From positions 124,001 through 188,000 of the IMG/VR virus record IMGVR_UViG_3300021964_009390: DNA of 64,000 nt; one strand, given 5' to 3'. Positions 59,342-64,000 of this stretch are shown piece by piece. Position 1 is the first letter of the stretch. Every line of letters begins with the position of its first letter. Under the pieces are notes generated by a model. It was not told where the DNA came from. It did not search any database and was given only the letters and a program-made list of their open reading frames with translations. Both the position numbers and the translations under genes were made by a program.

Positions 59342-59737
59342 ATGAAACATTCAAAAAATAACGATCAACAAGAAAAACAAACACTTTTCGAAGATTTAGT
59401 ACAACAAGCAAACCAATATCAGGCCGGTGCTCATCCGATGGGGCGAGTACCAGGTAGTAAAAAATTGACCGTTCTTGATTTGTTGAGAGTGAACGACGAA
59501 GATGATGACAAAGCACCGCAAATATTACCATTCCAAATGAACACATTTGTAGAGGCTCTTGGTGATGTGTATGTACAACTAGTGGAAGTACAGAAAATGG
59601 TGGCTAGTGCATATAAATCGAGTGTTGTTAAGGACACAAACAAAATAAAAAATACACTCGTCACAATTAATAAAAACATACAGAAACAAAAACAAATGGT
59701 CAAAGAATGTGGTAAATTAATAGATAAAATAAATTAA
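59342..59737 (+). CDS. hypothetical late protein
   Basis: 131 aa, coiled-coil C-terminus. Confidence 0.65.
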   Translation: MKHSKNNDQQEKQTLFEDLVQQANQYQAGAHPMGRVPGSKKLTVLDLLRVNDEDDDKAPQILPFQMNTFVEALGDVYVQLVEVQKMVASAYKSSVVKDTNKIKNTLVTINKNIQKQKQMVKECGKLIDKIN

Positions 59738-59772
59738 GTTGCCACATTCGAGTATATATTTAAATATATTAT

Positions 59773-60222
59773 ATGCTTGATATATTAAAATCTTTGATGA
59801 TAGTGTGTATTGTGTCATCTGCAATTGCATCTGTGTGCAATATGGTGTACGGTATATCACCGTACGGTGTGTTTGTCATAGCTACAATAATACAATTTGC
59901 TTCTAGCTGGTTCATGTCTACATACTTTACATACAAGGATAAACTGGCGAACACTCAGAGACAAACCGCATTGATTTCTCAAATTGAGTCTGAAGCTACA
60001 GAAGCTCCTTGCGCTTACTGTGGTACAGTCAACTTAATACCCATCGCGCCAGACGGGGACAATGATTTCAAATGCATCGGATGCGGGGAGACTAACGGTG
60101 TTTATGTAAATGTAACCGTGGCTCAAAAGTCAGTACCTCTGGATTCCCCCAGTTATTCTGTATCCAATTTCGACTCACATTTGGAAACCGCCAAAAGATC
60201 GATACAAAACAGTGACTCATGA
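59773..60222 (+). CDS. membrane protein with Zn ribbon
   Basis: Two N-terminal TM helices, CAYC...CIGC; TAAATA 6 nt upstream. Confidence 0.65.
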   Translation: MLDILKSLMIVCIVSSAIASVCNMVYGISPYGVFVIATIIQFASSWFMSTYFTYKDKLANTQRQTALISQIESEATEAPCAYCGTVNLIPIAPDGDNDFKCIGCGETNGVYVNVTVAQKSVPLDSPSYSVSNFDSHLETAKRSIQNSDS

Positions 60223-60611
60223 AAAATATTGAAGCTGATGGAAAATCTAGTAGCAAGTTTCCACCCGTCGGTGAGAAACATAAAGTAACTACCACCCGAG
60301 ATATACAAAATATAAACAATAATTTCTGGAATGAACAAAGTGTAGATTTACATTTGTGTTACAAAAAAGGTACAGCATATGCCAACAACAGTAACAAAAA
60401 ATCATCCATCAATTTAATTACAGAGTTGCTAGAATTGTTGAAACATCAATATAAGGAATCTACAACACAACCGGATATAATAGACATTATTTTTAATAAC
60501 ATAAAAAACGACATGACTATATTGGAAAAAATCACCGACGATGTTGACAAAAATTGTATATTGGCTACAATACAAGGATACACTTTGGGGTGTTTAAAAA
60601 AATATGAATAA
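60219..60611 (+). CDS. hypothetical protein
   Basis: Coupled ORF. Confidence 0.6.
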   Translation: MKNIEADGKSSSKFPPVGEKHKVTTTRDIQNINNNFWNEQSVDLHLCYKKGTAYANNSNKKSSINLITELLELLKHQYKESTTQPDIIDIIFNNIKNDMTILEKITDDVDKNCILATIQGYTLGCLKKYE

Positions 60612-60867
60612 AGAAAATTACGGAGACACGTTTGAATTAAAAAATGGTGAAGAAGTTGAAATGAACCAAGATGAAGTGGCGAGATGGTGTTGTTTGATAG
60701 AGGCTATAGATGTGGTGAGCAAGAAAGGAACGCAAGTAGGGATGGACATGACTAAATCCTCATGGATAAAGCCAATAGCTTTTCAGAAATACATAGACGA
60801 GAGAATGGATACTATGGTAGAAGAGATACAACGAGATAAAGATAATCACCAAATAAATATTTACTGA
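60604..60867 (+). CDS. hypothetical protein
   Basis: Coupled ORF. Confidence 0.6.
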   Translation: MNKENYGDTFELKNGEEVEMNQDEVARWCCLIEAIDVVSKKGTQVGMDMTKSSWIKPIAFQKYIDERMDTMVEEIQRDKDNHQINIY

Positions 60868-61226
60868 TGTTATACATAGTAGGTACACAAGTAGACACTA
60901 GAAATACACAACAACCAACTGGTCAGCTAGTGAACCGGAATGCGCGTCGAAAGGTGACGTGGCTTCCACCAGACGATATCTGGGAACTAGCCTCAATCCG
61001 CCGGTCTAGAGAAACAAACGATGTAGAGTATAGCTTCATGTCATGGAAAACAAAAGAATTCAAAACAGTACCATTCCCGGACTGTGGAGCTGCTGATCAG
61101 GCAATTGCATCCGCACGTAACGAGCAAATTGTTGATGACGATGATAGGTCCAAGGTGGATATGGAAGAGAAGACTAGTCACTTAAATGATATTCTCAACC
61201 CAAAACCAAAACAAAGAGGTCAATAG
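60867..61226 (+). CDS. hypothetical protein
   Basis: Coupled ORF; TAAATA 7 nt upstream. Confidence 0.6.
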   Translation: MLYIVGTQVDTRNTQQPTGQLVNRNARRKVTWLPPDDIWELASIRRSRETNDVEYSFMSWKTKEFKTVPFPDCGAADQAIASARNEQIVDDDDRSKVDMEEKTSHLNDILNPKPKQRGQ

Positions 61227-62008
61227 TAATCACCATATACTGCATCCCCTCCCCCGTAATCACCGTAGTCAAATATATCATTAGATGTAATTGTAGACCA
61301 AGTGTCTGTGTTTTGTAGATACGGATCATATATACTATCTTCAGTCACTTGTGTACTACCACCCTCCGGAGTGATATTATTCTCGAAACTAAAATCGAAA
61401 CGTTTGGCTTTCAATAACCATATGTAATGCCCCATCAACGGGTTAATCTTTTGAATGTCTTGATCTAACCGTTCTGTTATTTCATATACACTACCATCTC
61501 GAGGAAACACTCGATCATTACCATATTCCGACAATCGAAAAATATCTCCGGATTTAGGCTCAATAACACCTTGCTTCGCGTCACCAGTACCACCCATATT
61601 AGAATAAAACGTGTCTATGTGTATATATGCAGTTACTTCATCATCACTATTGATACCAAACTGACTCAACGTTAGAGCATTTTCATTCAACTCTATATAC
61701 ATAATCATTTTAATCGGGTCACCAAATGTTTGGTCTGAATCCTCACCGTACAATGGATCGTAATTGCCTAGATCATCACTAGCGGATTGATATAAAATTT
61801 CAGTACCATACATGCAAATCTGCTCTTTAAACCATTTGCTATAATTACCACGTTCATTGGCTGTGTTATTTTTATCTAGAAACCTGGCGCAACCGTTGTT
61901 AAATTTAAACACATTGTCTAAGGGAACCACTCCGGAACCTATGTCTATACAGTCCGGTTTTTTGGTTACAAACGGTTTGGGACAAAATTCATCTGGGTAG
62001 TTGCTCAT
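61220..62008 (-). CDS. gp14: neck protein (T4 gp14-like)
   Basis: EQI.MYG...Y...DPLYGED...F......MYI...LSQFGI...DE......P..GD...YEI. Confidence 0.7.
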   Translation of the reverse strand: MSNYPDEFCPKPFVTKKPDCIDIGSGVVPLDNVFKFNNGCARFLDKNNTANERGNYSKWFKEQICMYGTEILYQSASDDLGNYDPLYGEDSDQTFGDPIKMIMYIELNENALTLSQFGINSDDEVTAYIHIDTFYSNMGGTGDAKQGVIEPKSGDIFRLSEYGNDRVFPRDGSVYEITERLDQDIQKINPLMGHYIWLLKAKRFDFSFENNITPEGGSTQVTEDSIYDPYLQNTDTWSTITSNDIFDYGDYGGGDAVYGDYY

Positions 62009-62358
62009 GCTCGCTGCAATACAAAATTATTAATGGTATCGTCCCAGTACATACGTATACCAGTTTTACCTAACATGCGTGGAGATTTTGTAGTGATGTT
62101 TCTGATATTATACTTGTTCTGGATGTATTTTAGGTCTTGTTCACCTACCGGTATTTTTTCAAAAGAATCTGAGTTTCTGAGCCGCTCGATTTTAGGGTTC
62201 AATGTAGGATCCACGCGATCTCTATCCGGCACTAGATTTTGACTACCTTGCCGCCATGGAGTGGCACCCATCCGCGCCGACTGTTGTCGGGTGGTGGTTT
62301 TACCAACAACCTGCTTCGCAGTGTTGAAATACGTTTCGAATAATGTGTCAAACTTCAC
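62005..62358 (-). CDS. small late protein, CTS-like N-terminus
   Basis: MKFDTLFE; TAAATA 7 nt upstream of GTG. Confidence 0.65.
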   Translation of the reverse strand: MKFDTLFETYFNTAKQVVGKTTTRQQSARMGATPWRQGSQNLVPDRDRVDPTLNPKIERLRNSDSFEKIPVGEQDLKYIQNKYNIRNITTKSPRMLGKTGIRMYWDDTINNFVLQRA

Positions 62359-62372
62359 TTACTATTATTTAA

Positions 62373-64000
62373 TTACAATTGTTTCCATCCCTGAGATTCT
62401 AAATCAAATAGTTCAGAATCCATGCCAGTGGCTTGTCCAAACACCATAGGACTAGCGTCTACATGCTCACCAGTACGTTGATTGGAGTATAGTCCGATCG
62501 GATTTACAAACTCCTTCACCCCATAGTCTAACTCTCGCAAAACTAAGGGACGTTCATTATCATCATATTGTTCAATTTCAAAATATTTCTCAACAACTGT
62601 GTTCTCCAGAACAATCAATGCCCATAAAAAACTCATCACTCGGTCATCATAATAATTACCTTCTCGCGCTTTCCATGTACCGTTAGGATATCTCACAAAA
62701 TTTTTCAATTCATGGACCAAAGCTTTGTCATACACACTGATACATTTCAACTGGGTGAGCCAGTATCTCATGTTCACAACACCCTTGTACTTGGTGTTGG
62801 TATGCGCGACAACACCTAGTCTCTCAACAGTACGTCCTTTGATTGTTGGTGCAAAACTAACTATGTTCCTGTACCCCATCTCATTTGTTAGGTTGTCTAC
62901 CACTTGAGCCCCGCAATTGTTTCTCTCTATAGCAACCAACGGGCTGCCCCAGTGTTGCAATATTTCATACAATTTTTTAGTGAAAAGGTAAGGACTGATT
63001 TCATTACTATGATATGTAGCCACTTGTTTGATGTTGCTCAAATGTGTGATGTCTAATATTTGTACACAGCTCGCATCTAGATTGACCCCTTCACTAACAT
63101 CCACACCGACAGCATATATTTTGTCTTGTGATGGTTCTTCCCATAGAAGATACTTACCATCATCAAAAATATACTCTGGATCATGACACGTGTTTTTCAT
63201 CAACTCATGCAACTCGTCATCGATAGTGCTCTCCCCGGTCTGTAGAAATTGACATCCGAATTCTTGGTCAAATGCCTCTTGACTACCCATGTTCCGGATT
63301 TGTTCTAGTTTCCATGCATCGTCTCTCCCCGGTACTTCCCACCAATCCACCCGTCCATGCGCCCATCCGTTAGTATTGTTGATCGCACCAGTGTAGAGTT
63401 TATGAAACAAATTTTCAGTACCGTTAGGTGTACTACTTATAAAAATTTTACTCTTCTTGAAACTACTAATGATCGGATACACACTCTTCCAAAACTCATC
63501 AACTAGATGGTTATCAATAAAAGCTAGCTCGTCCAATATCAACACATTACAGCTCTGACCTCTTGCAGCGGTACCTGTGGTGGTACTGATACCAATAGTG
63601 GTACCATTACCCAGCGCCATGCTGGTTTTCCCATATTCTGTCACCCCTGGTTTCAACCAGTTGGGTAACTCTTCATAAGCCATCCGAACCCGCTTGAATA
63701 TTTCAATAGCGGTACCTTCTTTGTTCGCAACTATGAGTATGCGTTGATCATCATTAAAACATGCGTTCCAAAGTGCATACACTGTCATGAGTGTAGTTTT
63801 ACCAACTTGTCGACTAGCTAACAATATAAAAAACCTATCGTCTCTCATTTTCCGGAGTATACCTCGCTGATATTTGTGCAAAGTTATTGGATGCCGGCCT
63901 TTCTCGCTTATTATGTAGAAAAAATTCTCTGCAAAGTGCAATATATTCTTCTTACATTTCTTCATATGATACATCATCTCTGATGTCCATTCAAACTCCG
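62373..64000 (-). CDS. gp17: terminase large subunit gp17 (5' end beyond the window)
   Basis: SRQVGKTT, ANK, LDELAF, SSTPNG, QEFGC.F, GVDVSEG, DDRVM; frame open to the window edge. Confidence 0.95.
   Translation of the reverse strand, partial: EFEWTSEMMYHMKKCKKNILHFAENFFYIISEKGRHPITLHKYQRGILRKMRDDRFFILLASRQVGKTTLMTVYALWNACFNDDQRILIVANKEGTAIEIFKRVRMAYEELPNWLKPGVTEYGKTSMALGNGTTIGISTTTGTAARGQSCNVLILDELAFIDNHLVDEFWKSVYPIISSFKKSKIFISSTPNGTENLFHKLYTGAINNTNGWAHGRVDWWEVPGRDDAWKLEQIRNMGSQEAFDQEFGCQFLQTGESTIDDELHELMKNTCHDPEYIFDDGKYLLWEEPSQDKIYAVGVDVSEGVNLDASCVQILDITHLSNIKQVATYHSNEISPYLFTKKLYEILQHWGSPLVAIERNNCGAQVVDNLTNEMGYRNIVSFAPTIKGRTVERLGVVAHTNTKYKGVVNMRYWLTQLKCISVYDKALVHELKNFVRYPNGTWKAREGNYYDDRVMSFLWALIVLENTVVEKYFEIEQYDDNERPLVLRELDYGVKEFVNPIGLYSNQRTGEHVDASPMVFGQATGMDSELFDLESQGWKQL

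Noticed and set aside
59773-60222. Holin or spanin call for the two-TM Zn-ribbon protein
   Set aside because: No endolysin or lipobox nearby; evidence is insufficient
1-64000. Giant (NCLDV) virus or bacterial chromosome as the source
   Set aside because: The gp55, gp17, gp14/15, gp32, gp41, gp43 and UvsWXY set and the sigma70 promoters indicate a T4-like phage
1-64000. Stop-codon reassignment
   Set aside because: Core genes are full length in the standard code, and TAA, TAG and TGA all serve as stops
1-64000. tRNA genes, CRISPR arrays, large ncRNA
   Set aside because: Intergenic gaps are nearly all under 90 bp; no cloverleaf or repeat-spacer pattern was recognised by eye (tRNAscan not run)
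41556-64000. Introns or inteins in polymerase, UvsX, helicase, primase or terminase
   Set aside because: Lengths are normal, motifs are contiguous and no homing-endonuclease signatures were seen

Overview
This is a 64-kb, gene-dense, AT-rich (about 35% GC by eye) fragment of a large T4-like tailed phage using the standard genetic code. It holds a nearly complete T4-type replication and recombination set (UvsY, UvsW, gp55, gp47/46, gp43, UvsX, gp41, gp32, gp45, RNase H, gp61, gp62-like) and scattered virion genes (gp15, gp14, gp17, GroES/gp31-like). It also carries a dispersed 7-deazaguanine pathway (folE, queD, queE, queC, an Ntn amidotransferase and DUF366; no dpdA recognised in the window) and a roughly 15-kb glycosylation island with gmd/fcl. 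Five patterns stand out. (1) About 30 promoters of two classes (sigma70 TTGnnn-17-TATAAT and T4-late-like TAAATA) sit mostly 5-9 nt upstream of start codons with no Shine-Dalgarno, implying a largely leaderless transcriptome. (2) About 15 late genes have N-termini resembling the T4 capsid-targeting sequence, including a ligase-fold/HAD/HxGH-nucleotidyltransferase operon, a nuclease-like protein, a peptidase and a polyprotein of amphipathic helices. (3) CCGG is enriched about 4-5 fold. (4) A queC-amidotransferase-glycosyltransferase operon lies directly before the helicase. (5) Some sugar enzymes look eukaryote- or giant-virus-like. All family calls come from motif recognition by eye; no searches were run. 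No tRNA, CRISPR array, intron or intein was recognised.
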